This document shows positions 43,703-55,224 of a stretch of 64,000 nt of DNA, piece by piece (within the stretch, counting starts at the first letter, position 1; each line of letters begins with the position of its first letter). Below the pieces are notes generated by a model. That model was not told the DNA's origin. It searched no databases and saw only the letters and a list, made by a program, of their open reading frames with translations. The stretch lies in assembly GCF_056746865.1 (NCBI RefSeq), contig NZ_CM163382.1. One strand, 5' to 3'. A program made the translations under genes and the position numbers.

Positions 43703-43827
43703 TGATTTGAGGTGTCAGTCCGCATCTGAGCTAATACGCTTAAAGAAAATTCTGCCTTTTTCCGGGGACTAATCATTTAACTAATACCGGATGCGATGCT
43801 GGCGCGCCGCACCCGGCATTTTACGCA

Positions 43828-45495
43828 TTACTTCGCAATACGCTTGTACTTGATACGCTTCGGCTCCAGCGCGTCTGCGCCCAGCGTGCGTTTTTTGTAC
43901 TCTTCGTACTCGGTAAAGTTACCTTCGAAGAACTCAACTTTACCTTCATCCTGGTAGTCCAGGATGTGCGTGGCGATACGGTCGAGGAACCAACGGTCGT
44001 GCGAGATAACCATCGCACAGCCCGGGAACTCCAGCAGGGCGTTTTCCAGCGCGCGCAGGGTTTCGATATCCAGGTCGTTGGTTGGTTCGTCGAGCAGCAG
44101 CATGTTGCCGCCAACCTGCAGCAGCTTCGCCAGATGCAGACGACCGCGCTCACCGCCGGAGAGTTCGCCAACGCGTTTACCCTGATCAACCCCTTTAAAG
44201 TTAAAGCGGCCAACGTAGGCACGGCTTGGCATCTCGGTGTTGCCGATCTTCATGATATCCAGCCCGCCGGAAACTTCTTCCCAAACGGTTTTGCTGTTAT
44301 CCATTGAGTCACGGAACTGATCAACCGATGCCAGTTTCACCGTTTCACCCAAAGTGATGGTGCCGCTGTCCGGCTGTTCCTGACCAGAGATCATACGGAA
44401 CAGCGTCGATTTACCCGCACCGTTCGAACCGATGATCCCGACGATCGCTCCTTTCGGGATCGAGAAGCTCAGGTCATCAATCAGCAGACGATCGCCATAG
44501 GATTTACGCAGATTGCTGACTTCCAGCACTTTGTCGCCAAGACGCGGTCCCGGTGGAATAAACAGTTCGTTGGTTTCGTTACGTTTCTGATATTCGGTGC
44601 TGTTCAGCTCTTCAAAACGCGCCAGACGTGCTTTACCTTTCGACTGACGGCCTTTAGTACCTTGACGTACCCACTCCAGCTCTTTCTCAATCGACTTACG
44701 ACGCGCAGCTTCTTGTGAAGCTTCCTGCGCCAGGCGCTGATCTTTCTGCTCCAGCCAGGAGGAGTAGTTGCCTTCCCACGGAATACCTTCACCGCGGTCC
44801 AGTTCGAGGATCCAGCCTGCAACGTTATCGAGGAAGTAACGGTCGTGGGTAATCGCCACCACGGTGCCCTCGAAGTCGTGCAGGAAGCGTTCCAGCCAGG
44901 CCACGGATTCGGCATCCAGGTGGTTGGTCGGTTCGTCGAGCAGCAGCATGTCTGGTTTTTCCAGCAGCAGGCGGCACAACGCTACGCGACGACGCTCACC
45001 ACCGGAGAGGTTAGCGATTTTCGCGTCCCAGTCCGGCAGACGCAGCGCATCCGCCGCACGCTCCAGCTGAACGTTCAGGTTGTGACCGTCGTGAGCCTGA
45101 ATGATCTCTTCCAGACGGCCTTGTTCAGCGGCCAGCTTGTCAAAATCGGCATCCGGATCGGCGTACAGTGCATACACTTCATCCAGGCGTTTCAGGGCGT
45201 TAACCACTTCAGAAACCGCTTCTTCAATGGACTCACGCACGGTGTGTTCCGGGTTCAGCTGCGGTTCCTGCGGCAGATAACCAATCTTGATATCCGGTTG
45301 CGGACGCGCTTCGCCTTCGATGTCTTTATCAATGCCCGCCATAATGCGCAGCAGGGTGGACTTACCCGCGCCGTTCAGACCCAGGACACCAATTTTTGCC
45401 CCAGGGAAGAAACTCAGAGAGATGTTTTTCAAAATATGACGTTTCGGCGGAACAACTTTGCCGACACGATGCATGGTATAAACGAATTGAGCCAC
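43828..45495 (-). CDS. ettA: energy-dependent translational throttle protein EttA (ABC-F ATPase)
   Basis: 555-aa ORF with two ABC domains (Walker A GLNGAGKST and GSNGAGKST). Confidence 0.92.
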   Translation of the reverse strand: MAQFVYTMHRVGKVVPPKRHILKNISLSFFPGAKIGVLGLNGAGKSTLLRIMAGIDKDIEGEARPQPDIKIGYLPQEPQLNPEHTVRESIEEAVSEVVNALKRLDEVYALYADPDADFDKLAAEQGRLEEIIQAHDGHNLNVQLERAADALRLPDWDAKIANLSGGERRRVALCRLLLEKPDMLLLDEPTNHLDAESVAWLERFLHDFEGTVVAITHDRYFLDNVAGWILELDRGEGIPWEGNYSSWLEQKDQRLAQEASQEAARRKSIEKELEWVRQGTKGRQSKGKARLARFEELNSTEYQKRNETNELFIPPGPRLGDKVLEVSNLRKSYGDRLLIDDLSFSIPKGAIVGIIGSNGAGKSTLFRMISGQEQPDSGTITLGETVKLASVDQFRDSMDNSKTVWEEVSGGLDIMKIGNTEMPSRAYVGRFNFKGVDQGKRVGELSGGERGRLHLAKLLQVGGNMLLLDEPTNDLDIETLRALENALLEFPGCAMVISHDRWFLDRIATHILDYQDEGKVEFFEGNFTEYEEYKKRTLGADALEPKRIKYKRIAK

Positions 45496-45705
45496 GTTGG
45501 ACTTCGCCTCTATGTTTATCGTGATGATGAGTTTTCAAAGGCGAAGTGTAGCCTGTTTCCTTATCTAATCCCAGCCGGTCGATCACCCTCGCAGTAAAAG
45601 TAAAAAAGTGTCCGTAACGTGGCGTAAACGGCAATGACTGGTTAGCATAAATCTATTACGTGGCATGACGCTGCATTGATGTATTTACACTTAGAGGATG
45701 CGCTT

Positions 45706-47643
45706 GTGGAAAAAGCCAAACACGTTACCTGGCGGCTGTTGGCTGCCGGTGTCTGTCTGCTGACGGTCAGCAGTGTGGCGCGAGCCGACTCACTGGATGA
45801 GCAGCGTAGTCGTTACGCGCAAATCAAGCAGGCCTGGGATAATCGACAAATGGACGTGGTCGAACAAATGATGCCTGGACTGAAGGATTATCCGCTTTAT
45901 CCCTACCTGGAATACCGCCAGATCACCGATGACCTGATGAATCAACCGGCGGTGACGGTCACTAACTTTGTTCGCGCTAACCCCACGCTTCCTCCCGCTC
46001 GCACGCTGCAATCTCGTTTCGTCAATGAACTGGCGCGGCGTGAAGACTGGCGTGGCTTGTTAGCCTTTAGTCCGGAAAAGCCCGGAACTACCGAAGCGCA
46101 ATGTAATTACTACTATGCGAAATGGAACACCGGGCAGAGTGAAGAAGCCTGGCAAGGGGCGAAAGAGCTGTGGCTAACCGGCAAGAGCCAGCCTAACGCC
46201 TGTGACAAGTTATTTAGCGTCTGGCGTGCGTCAGGTAAACAAGATCCGCTGGCGTATTTAGAGCGTATCCGTCTGGCGATGAAAGCGGGTAACACTGGCC
46301 TGGTAACAGTGCTGGCAGGGCAGATGCCTGCCGATTACCAGACTATCGCTTCGGCAATCATTTCACTGGCAAACAATCCTAATACGGTACTGACCTTCGC
46401 GCGTACAACCGGAGCGACCGATTTTACCCGTCAAATGGCGGCGGTGGCGTTTGCCAGTGTGGCGCGGCAGGATGCTGAAAATGCACGGCTGATGATCCCG
46501 TCGCTTGCCCAGGCGCAGCAGCTTAATGAAGATCAGATTCAGGAGCTGCGCGATATCGTCGCCTGGCGTTTGATGGGCAACGATGTCACCGACGAACAGG
46601 CGAAATGGCGTGATGACGCCATTATGCGTTCGCAATCTACTTCGCTTATTGAACGCCGTGTGCGAATGGCGCTTGGCACCGGCGATCGTCGCGGCCTGAA
46701 TACCTGGCTGGCGCGTTTGCCGATGGAGGCGAAAGAGAAAGATGAATGGCGTTACTGGCAGGCGGATTTACTGCTGGAACGCGGACGTGAAGCTGAAGCA
46801 AAAGAGATTTTGCATCAACTCATGCAACAGCGTGGTTTCTACCCGATGGTTGCAGCACAACGCATCGGCGAAGAGTATGAGCTGAAGATTGATAAAGCGC
46901 CGCAGAATGTTGACAGCGCCCTGACTCAGGGGCCGGAGATGGCGCGCGTGCGCGAGTTGATGTACTGGAATCTCGATAATACCGCGCGTAGCGAGTGGGC
47001 CAATCTGGTGAAGAGCAAGTCAAAAACAGAGCAGGCTCAACTGGCTCGGTATGCTTTCAATAACCAATGGTGGGATCTTAGCGTTCAGGCAACGATCGCC
47101 GGGAAGCTATGGGATCATCTGGAAGAGCGATTCCCGCTGGCTTACAACGATCTTTTCAAACGTTACACCAGTGGGAAGGAGATCCCGCAAAGCTATGCGA
47201 TGGCGATTGCCCGTCAGGAGAGCGCCTGGAATCCGAAAGTGAAATCACCGGTAGGGGCCAGCGGCCTGATGCAGATTATGCCGGGTACAGCGACCCATAC
47301 GGTGAAGATGTTCTCTATTCCCGGTTATAGCAGCCCTGGGCAATTGCTGGATCCGGAAACAAACATCAACATTGGCACCAGTTACCTGCAATATGTTTAT
47401 CAGCAGTTTGGTAATAACCGTATTTTCTCCTCAGCAGCTTATAACGCCGGACCAGGACGGGTGCGAACCTGGCTTGGCAACAGCGCCGGGCGTATCGACG
47501 CAGTGGCATTTGTCGAGAGTATTCCGTTCTCCGAGACGCGCGGTTATGTGAAGAACGTGCTGGCTTATGACGCTTACTACCGCTATTTCATGGGGGATAA
47601 ACCGACATTGATGAGCGCCACGGAATGGGGACGTCGTTACTGA
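45706..47643 (+). CDS. slt: soluble lytic murein transglycosylase Slt70
   Basis: ORF-track frame 45676..47643; likely GTG start 45706 (EKAKHVTWRLLAAGVCLL, 645 aa); signal peptide, superhelical repeats, C-terminal lysozyme-like domain (ESAWNP). Confidence 0.9.
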   Translation: MEKAKHVTWRLLAAGVCLLTVSSVARADSLDEQRSRYAQIKQAWDNRQMDVVEQMMPGLKDYPLYPYLEYRQITDDLMNQPAVTVTNFVRANPTLPPARTLQSRFVNELARREDWRGLLAFSPEKPGTTEAQCNYYYAKWNTGQSEEAWQGAKELWLTGKSQPNACDKLFSVWRASGKQDPLAYLERIRLAMKAGNTGLVTVLAGQMPADYQTIASAIISLANNPNTVLTFARTTGATDFTRQMAAVAFASVARQDAENARLMIPSLAQAQQLNEDQIQELRDIVAWRLMGNDVTDEQAKWRDDAIMRSQSTSLIERRVRMALGTGDRRGLNTWLARLPMEAKEKDEWRYWQADLLLERGREAEAKEILHQLMQQRGFYPMVAAQRIGEEYELKIDKAPQNVDSALTQGPEMARVRELMYWNLDNTARSEWANLVKSKSKTEQAQLARYAFNNQWWDLSVQATIAGKLWDHLEERFPLAYNDLFKRYTSGKEIPQSYAMAIARQESAWNPKVKSPVGASGLMQIMPGTATHTVKMFSIPGYSSPGQLLDPETNINIGTSYLQYVYQQFGNNRIFSSAAYNAGPGRVRTWLGNSAGRIDAVAFVESIPFSETRGYVKNVLAYDAYYRYFMGDKPTLMSATEWGRRY

Positions 47644-47667
47644 TCCGCACGTTTATGATATGCTATC

Positions 47668-47685
47668 GTACTCTTTAGCGAGTAC
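47668..47685. promoter_or_regulatory. trp repressor operator (GTACTCTTTAGCGAGTAC) in the trpR promoter
   Basis: Palindrome GTACTC-N6-GAGTAC read from sequence about 48 bp upstream of trpR start. Confidence 0.7.
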
Positions 47686-47717
47686 AACCGGGGGAGGCAT
47701 TTTGCTTCCCCCGCTAA

Positions 47718-48580
<863 letters not shown>

Positions 48581-48619
48581 TCAGAAAATTAACGTTACAG
48601 CAGTATACGGAAAAAAAGC

Positions 48620-49267
48620 ATGTTACAGGTATACCTAGTCCGCCACGGTGAAACGCAGTGGAACGCCGAGCGACGTATTCAGGGCCAGTCTGACAGCCCG
48701 CTGACCGCCAAAGGTGAGCAACAGGCGATGCAGGTGGCAACCCGTGCCAAAGAGCTTGGCATTACGCATATCATCAGTAGCGATTTAGGGCGCACCCGGC
48801 GTACGGCGGAAATCATCGCCCAGGCCTGCGGCTGTGACATCATCTTTGATTCTCGCCTGCGTGAATTAAACATGGGTGTGCTGGAAAAAAGACATATCGA
48901 TTCTCTGACCGAAGAAGAAGAGAACTGGCGTCGGCAGCTGGTCAATGGCACCGTTGACGGGCGTATTCCTGAAGGCGAGTCAATGCAGGAGCTCAGCGAT
49001 CGCGTCAATGCGGCACTGGAATCTTGCCGGGACTTACCGCAGGGAAGCCGACCGCTGCTGGTGAGCCACGGTATTGCACTGGGATGCCTGGTGAGTACGA
49101 TTCTCGGATTACCAGCATGGGCAGAGCGTCGCTTACGTCTGCGTAACTGTTCTATTTCGCGCGTGGATTATCAGGAAAGCCTGTGGCTGGCGTCTGGCTG
49201 GGTCGTTGAAACCGCAGGGGACATCTCGCATCTGGACGCCCCTGCATTAGATGAGCTGCAGCGTTAA
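48620..49267 (+). CDS. gpmB: probable phosphoglycerate mutase GpmB (histidine phosphatase family)
   Basis: 215-aa ORF with RHGETQWN catalytic motif. Confidence 0.9.
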   Translation: MLQVYLVRHGETQWNAERRIQGQSDSPLTAKGEQQAMQVATRAKELGITHIISSDLGRTRRTAEIIAQACGCDIIFDSRLRELNMGVLEKRHIDSLTEEEENWRRQLVNGTVDGRIPEGESMQELSDRVNAALESCRDLPQGSRPLLVSHGIALGCLVSTILGLPAWAERRLRLRNCSISRVDYQESLWLASGWVVETAGDISHLDAPALDELQR

Positions 49268-50133
49268 CGACGGATCGGAATCAGTAGTTCACAGCGCAGA
49301 TTAATTGGGCGATCTCCCGCTTTGGCATCTTCTGCCGGGTAGTATCGCTCAATATCCTGACCTTTACGGCGCGTCAGGTTGAGCATTGGCATGCACGTCC
49401 CGTATACCGTCAGGATAAACTCCTGCACGCCGGTTCCCAGACCTTCATAGGTAAACATCACATATTCGCCGCCCTGCAGCATCACCGGATGCCCCGTCAG
49501 TACATAGCCATCTGCCTGATCCTGGGCTAACGCGGTGGTATAGAATACTTCTTGTTCGTCGTCTTTATCCTGACTCGGACGCGTTTCATTCAGGCCGTAG
49601 AGCACCGGCGGAATGGTCGGCGCGTTGCCGAGAAAATCGTGCCAGAACTGATAACGCATTTCATGGCGGAAATCAGAGATTTGCTCCAGCGAACAGGAGT
49701 AGCTCTGGGTAACACCAATCAGCGGCGTATCTTCCAGGGTGACAAATTTGTGCTCTGGCATAGTGAATTCACCCAGACGTAGCGGCGGGCGAATACCAAA
49801 GGCGCTCCATTCAGGAGAACGGCGGTAAAGTGCAGGAGTCTGGGCAAACTGCTTCTTGAATGCGCGGGTAAATGTCTGTTGAGAGTCGAAGCGGTATTGC
49901 AGCGCGATGTCCAGAATCGGACGCGCAGTCAGGCGTAGTGCGACCGCCGATTTCGACAAACGACGAGCACGAATATACGCGCCAATAGCATGGCCAGTGA
50001 CATCTTTAAACATTCTCTGTAAGTGCCACTTGGAATAACCTGCTTTCGCCGCTACATTGTCGAGCGACAGGGGCTGATCCAGATGACCTTCCAGCCAGAT
50101 TAAAAGGTCGCGAATAATGCCGGCCTGATCCAT
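49264..50133 (-). CDS. rob: AraC/XylS-family regulator Rob (right origin-binding protein)
   Basis: 289-aa ORF with N-terminal AraC-type double HTH and C-terminal GyrI-like domain. Confidence 0.92.
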   Translation of the reverse strand: MDQAGIIRDLLIWLEGHLDQPLSLDNVAAKAGYSKWHLQRMFKDVTGHAIGAYIRARRLSKSAVALRLTARPILDIALQYRFDSQQTFTRAFKKQFAQTPALYRRSPEWSAFGIRPPLRLGEFTMPEHKFVTLEDTPLIGVTQSYSCSLEQISDFRHEMRYQFWHDFLGNAPTIPPVLYGLNETRPSQDKDDEQEVFYTTALAQDQADGYVLTGHPVMLQGGEYVMFTYEGLGTGVQEFILTVYGTCMPMLNLTRRKGQDIERYYPAEDAKAGDRPINLRCELLIPIRR

Positions 50134-50343
50134 AAAATATCCTCATCCTTTCAACAACGAGCACCTGACATCAGGTAATTGGATAATAGCATTTTTTGCT
50201 GTTTTAGCATTCAGTGTTTTTTTCTTAGTAGAGTATGTTTTAGGGCTTGACGGAAATAAAAGTATTGAGATTTTGTTCTTAATCAATATGTTATTTACCG
50301 TAACGAACTAATTGCTCGTGTAATAGATAAAAATGGTAACAAT

Positions 50344-50817
50344 ATGAAATACAAGCATTTGATCCTGTCTTTAAGCCTGATAATGCTGGGGCCATTGGCT
50401 CATGCAGAAGAGATTGGTTCGGTCGACACCGTATTTAAAATGATCGGCCCGGATCACAAAATTGTTGTGGAAGCCTTTGACGATCCCGATGTGAAAAATG
50501 TCACCTGTTATGTGAGCCGGGCGAAAACCGGTGGTATTAAAGGGGGATTGGGCCTGGCAGAAGATACCTCCGATGCGGCCATTTCTTGTCAGCAAGTCGG
50601 GCCGATTGAACTGTCGGATCGTATTAAAAACGGCAAAGCTCAGGGCGAGGTAGTATTCAAAAAACGCACGTCCCTGGTCTTTAAGTCGTTACAGGTCGTG
50701 CGCTTTTATGACGCCAAACGAAACGCGCTCGCTTATCTGGCTTACTCCGACAAAGTTGTAGAAGGTTCGCCGAAAAACGCGATTAGCGCGGTTCCTGTCA
50801 TGCCGTGGCGGCAATAA
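50344..50817 (+). CDS. creA: periplasmic protein CreA
   Basis: 157-aa ORF with signal peptide. Confidence 0.9.
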
Positions 50818-50829
50818 CAGAGGCGATTT

Positions 50830-51519
50830 ATGCAACGGGAAACGGTCTGGTTAGTGGAAGATGAGCAAGGGATAGCCGACACGCTGGTCTACATGTTGCA
50901 GCAGGAAGGTTTTGCCGTCGAGGTCTTTGAGCGAGGCTTGCCGGTGCTGGATAAAGCTCGCCAGCAGGTACCCGACGTCATGATTCTCGATGTTGGTCTG
51001 CCGGATATTAGCGGCTTTGAATTGTGCCGCCAGTTACTGGCGCTCCATCCGGCGTTACCTGTACTGTTCCTGACGGCCCGAAGTGAAGAGGTCGATCGCC
51101 TGCTTGGGCTGGAAATAGGCGCTGACGACTACGTGGCTAAACCGTTTTCACCCCGCGAAGTGTGCGCCAGGGTGCGCACCTTACTGCGTCGGGTGAAGAA
51201 GTTCTCGACGCCGTCTCCCGTCATCCGTATTGGTCATTTTGAATTGAATGAACCCGCGGCGCAGATCAGCTGGTTTGACACGCCATTAACGCTGACGCGG
51301 TATGAGTTTTTATTGCTGAAGACGTTACTCAAGTCGCCAGGCCGCGTCTGGTCCCGCCAGCAACTGATGGATAGCGTGTGGGAAGATGCGCAGGACACCT
51401 ACGATCGCACCGTCGATACCCACATTAAAACGCTGCGTGCCAAGCTGCGCGCCATCAACCCCGATCTTTCACCGATTAATACTCATCGCGGCATGGGATA
51501 TAGCCTGAGGGGCCTGTAA
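50830..51519 (+). CDS. creB: two-component response regulator CreB (OmpR family)
   Basis: 229-aa ORF with receiver domain and winged-helix output domain. Confidence 0.92.
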   Translation: MQRETVWLVEDEQGIADTLVYMLQQEGFAVEVFERGLPVLDKARQQVPDVMILDVGLPDISGFELCRQLLALHPALPVLFLTARSEEVDRLLGLEIGADDYVAKPFSPREVCARVRTLLRRVKKFSTPSPVIRIGHFELNEPAAQISWFDTPLTLTRYEFLLLKTLLKSPGRVWSRQQLMDSVWEDAQDTYDRTVDTHIKTLRAKLRAINPDLSPINTHRGMGYSLRGL

Positions 51520-52943
51520 TGCGTATCGGCATGCGGTTGTTGCTGGGCTATTTTTTACTGGTGGCGGTGGCGGCCTGGTTCGTACTGGCTATTTTTGTCA
51601 AAGAAGTTAAACCGGGCGTGCGAAGAGCAACGGAGGGGACGTTAATCGACACCGCAACGTTGCTGGCGGAGCTGGCGCGTCCCGATTTGCTCTCTGGGGA
51701 CCCAACGCATGGGCAACTGGCGCAGGCGTTTAATCAGCTACAACATCGCCCGTTTCGCGCCAATATCGGTGGCATTAACAAAGTGCGCAATGAATATCAT
51801 GTCTATATGACCGATGCGCAGGGCAAAGTATTGTTCGATTCGGCAAATAAAGCCGTTGGACAGGATTATTCGCGCTGGAATGACGTCTGGCTAACGTTGC
51901 GTGGTCAGTATGGTGCGCGCAGCACGTTGCAAAATCCTGCCGATCCCGAAAGTTCTGTGATGTATGTTGCCGCGCCGATTATGGACGGCTCGCGGCTTAT
52001 TGGCGTTTTGAGCGTAGGCAAACCGAACGCGGCGATGGCTCCGGTCATTAAGCGCAGCGAGCGGCGAATTTTATGGGCCAGCGCCATTTTGTTGGGGATT
52101 GCACTGGTGATTGGCGCATGCATGGTTTGGTGGATCAACCGCTCCATTGCCCGGCTCACTCGCTATGCTGATTCCGTCACTGACAATAAGCCCGTTCCTC
52201 TTCCCGATCTCGGTAGTAGCGAGCTGCGTAAACTCGCGCAGGCGCTGGAAAGTATGCGCGTGAAGCTGGAAGGGAAAAACTATATTGAGCAGTATGTTTA
52301 CGCGTTAACTCATGAGCTAAAAAGCCCACTGGCGGCGATTCGTGGAGCGGCGGAAATTTTACGCGAAGGTCCGCCGCCGGAAGTGGTGGCTCGTTTTACT
52401 GACAACATTCTGACGCAAAATGCGCGTATGCAGGCGCTGGTGGAAACGTTACTACGCCAGGCAAGACTGGAGAATTGTCAGGAAGTCGTTCTGACTGCTG
52501 TTGATGTGGCGGCATTATTCCGCCGCGTCAGCGAAGCGCGCACCGTGCAGTTGGCAGAAAAAAAAATCACTCTGCATGTTACGCCCACCGAGGTTAACGT
52601 TGCTGCTGAACCGGCGTTACTGGAGCAGGCGCTGGGAAATTTACTGGATAACGCCATCGATTTTACCCCCGAGAGCGGTTCCATCATGCTAAGCGCCGAA
52701 GTGGAGCAGGAACACGTCACGCTTAAGGTGCTGGATACCGGTAGTGGTATTCCTGACTACGCGCTTTCACGTATTTTTGAACGCTTTTACTCTTTGCCGC
52801 GTGCAAATGGGCAAAAAAGCAGCGGTCTGGGGTTGGCGTTCGTCAGTGAGGTCGCCCGTTTGTTTAACGGCGAAGTCACGCTGCGCAACGTGCAAGAAGG
52901 TGGCGTGCTGGCTTCGCTTCGACTTCACCGTCACTTCACATAG
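51519..52943 (+). CDS. creC: two-component sensor histidine kinase CreC
   Basis: 474-aa ORF; H-box LTHELKSPLAAIRG; start overlaps creB stop by 1 bp. Confidence 0.92.
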   Translation: MRIGMRLLLGYFLLVAVAAWFVLAIFVKEVKPGVRRATEGTLIDTATLLAELARPDLLSGDPTHGQLAQAFNQLQHRPFRANIGGINKVRNEYHVYMTDAQGKVLFDSANKAVGQDYSRWNDVWLTLRGQYGARSTLQNPADPESSVMYVAAPIMDGSRLIGVLSVGKPNAAMAPVIKRSERRILWASAILLGIALVIGACMVWWINRSIARLTRYADSVTDNKPVPLPDLGSSELRKLAQALESMRVKLEGKNYIEQYVYALTHELKSPLAAIRGAAEILREGPPPEVVARFTDNILTQNARMQALVETLLRQARLENCQEVVLTAVDVAALFRRVSEARTVQLAEKKITLHVTPTEVNVAAEPALLEQALGNLLDNAIDFTPESGSIMLSAEVEQEHVTLKVLDTGSGIPDYALSRIFERFYSLPRANGQKSSGLGLAFVSEVARLFNGEVTLRNVQEGGVLASLRLHRHFT

Positions 52944-53000
52944 CTTCAAATTCTTCCCACATAGCCTTCGTATCCTGCTGCCATTGCAAAGGAGAAGACT

Positions 53001-54353
53001 ATGTTGAAATCCCCCCTGTTCTGGAAAATGACCACCCTGTTTGGTGCAGTATTGCTGTTGTTGATTCCGATAATGCTGATTCGGCAGGTGATTGTCGAAC
53101 GTGCTGATTACCGTAGCGATGTGGAAGATGCGATTCGCCAAAGTACCAGCGGGCCGCAAAAACTCGTTGGGCCGCTCATCGCTATTCCTGTGACCGAGCT
53201 TTATACGGTGCAGGAAGAGGATAAAACCGTGGAGCGGAAACGAAGTTTTATCCATTTTTGGTTACCTGAGTCATTGATGGTTGATGGCAATCAGAACGTG
53301 GAAGAACGCAAGATAGGGATTTATACCGGTCAGGTCTGGCACAGTGATTTAACGCTAAAAGCCGATTTCGATGTTTCGCGTCTTAGCGAACTCAACGCGC
53401 CAAATATCACCTTAGGCAAGCCCTTTATTGTGATTAGCGTCGGGGATGCGCGTGGTATTGGTGTGGTGAAAGCGCCTGAAGTTAACGGAACGGCGCTGAC
53501 CATTGAACCTGGCACCGGCTTAGAGCAAGGCGGGCAGGGCGTGCATATCCCTTTACCCGAAGGGGACTGGCGGAAGCAGAACCTGAAGCTGAATATGGCA
53601 CTGAATTTAAGCGGTACCGGCGATCTTTCTGTGGTGCCTGCCGGGCGTAATAGCGAAATGACCTTAACCAGCAACTGGCCGCATCCCAGTTTTTTAGGTG
53701 ATTTTCTACCAGCCAAACGGGAAGTTAGCGAGTCAGGTTTTCAGGCGCAATGGCAAAGCAGCTGGTTTGCTAATAATCTCGGTGAGCGTTTTGCTTCAGG
53801 CAATGATACCGGCTGGGAAAACTTCCCCGCGTTTAGCGTCGCAGTGACGACGCCAGCCGATCAATACCAATTAACGGACCGGGCGACTAAGTACGCCATT
53901 CTGCTGATTGCACTGACTTTTATGGCGTTCTTTGTTTTTGAAACGCTCACCGCGCAACGTTTACACCCAATGCAATATTTGCTGGTGGGGCTTTCATTGG
54001 TGATGTTTTATTTGCTCTTGCTGGCGCTTTCTGAACATATCGGTTTTACCGTGGCATGGATAATCGCCAGTCTGATTGGGGCGTTAATGAACGGTATTTA
54101 TTTGCAGGCGGTATTGAAAGGCTGGCGCAATAGCATGTTGTTTACCCTCGCGCTGTTGTTGCTGGATGGTGTGATGTGGGGACTGCTCAACTCTGCCGAT
54201 AGCGCGCTGTTGTTGGGAACCAGTGTGCTGGTGGTGGCGCTGGCCGGCATGATGTTTGTGACCCGTAATATCGACTGGTATGCGTTTTCACTGCCGAAAA
54301 TGAAAGCCAGTAAAGAAGTTACAACGGACGATGAATTACGTATCTGGAAATAA
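53001..54353 (+). CDS. creD: inner membrane protein CreD
   Basis: 450-aa ORF, multi-pass membrane C-terminal half. Confidence 0.9.
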   Translation: MLKSPLFWKMTTLFGAVLLLLIPIMLIRQVIVERADYRSDVEDAIRQSTSGPQKLVGPLIAIPVTELYTVQEEDKTVERKRSFIHFWLPESLMVDGNQNVEERKIGIYTGQVWHSDLTLKADFDVSRLSELNAPNITLGKPFIVISVGDARGIGVVKAPEVNGTALTIEPGTGLEQGGQGVHIPLPEGDWRKQNLKLNMALNLSGTGDLSVVPAGRNSEMTLTSNWPHPSFLGDFLPAKREVSESGFQAQWQSSWFANNLGERFASGNDTGWENFPAFSVAVTTPADQYQLTDRATKYAILLIALTFMAFFVFETLTAQRLHPMQYLLVGLSLVMFYLLLLALSEHIGFTVAWIIASLIGALMNGIYLQAVLKGWRNSMLFTLALLLLDGVMWGLLNSADSALLLGTSVLVVALAGMMFVTRNIDWYAFSLPKMKASKEVTTDDELRIWK

Positions 54354-54365
54354 GGTTGAAAAATA

Positions 54366-54395
54366 AAAACGGCGCTAAAAAGCGCCGTTTTTTTT
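54366..54395. terminator. bidirectional intrinsic terminator between creD and arcA (AAAACGGCGC-N6-GCGCCGTTTTTTTT)
   Basis: Perfect stem flanked by A-run and T-run read from sequence. Confidence 0.7.
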
Positions 54396-54412
54396 GACGG
54401 TGGTAAAGCCGA

Positions 54413-55129
54413 TTAATCTTCCAGATCACCACAGAAGCGATAACCTTCACCGTGAATGGTGGCGATGATTTCCGGCGTATCCGGCGTAGATTCGAAATGT
54501 TTACGAATACGGCGGATCGTCACGTCTACAGTACGGTCGTGCGGTTTCAGCTCACGGCCGGTCATTTTCTTCAGCAGTTCAGCACGGGACTGAATTTTGC
54601 CTGGGTTTTCACAGAAGTGAAGCATGGCGCGGAACTCGCTGCGCGGCAGCTTGTACTGCTCGCCATCAGGGCCGATCAACGAACGGCTGTTGATGTCCAG
54701 TTCCCAACCATTGAACTTGTAGCTTTCAACGCTACGACGTTCTTCGCTGACAGTACCCAGATTCATGGTACGGGACAGCAGGTTGCGTGCACGAATAGTC
54801 AGTTCACGTGGGTTGAACGGTTTGGTGATGTAGTCATCTGCACCGATTTCGAGGCCGAGAATTTTATCGACTTCGTTGTCACGGCCAGTCAGGAACATCA
54901 ACGCAACATTCGCCTGCTCGCGCAGTTCACGCGCTAACAGAAGACCGTTCTTACCCGGCAGATTGATATCCATGATCACCAGGTTGATGTCATATTCAGA
55001 GAGGATCTGATGCATTTCCGCGCCATCTGTCGCTTCGAAAACATCATAGCCTTCCGCTTCGAAAATACTTTTCAACGTGTTGCGTGTTACCAACTCGTCT
55101 TCAACGATAAGAATGTGCGGGGTCTGCAT
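54413..55129 (-). CDS. arcA: aerobic respiration control response regulator ArcA
   Basis: 238-aa [33 protein letters not shown]... Confidence 0.95.
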
Positions 55130-55224
55130 GTTTGCTACCTAAATTGCCAACTAAATCGAAACAGGAAGTACAAAAGTCCCTGACCTGCCTGATGCATGCT
55201 GCAAATTAACATGATCGGCGTAAC

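Noticed and set aside
39552-43827. Accessory cassette as a prophage remnant, integrative element or defence island
   Set aside because: No integrase, recombinase, transposase, phage structural or nuclease/helicase/ATPase defence-type genes; all ORFs are small-molecule oxidoreductases plus a LysR regulator; no adjacent tRNA or direct repeats identified.
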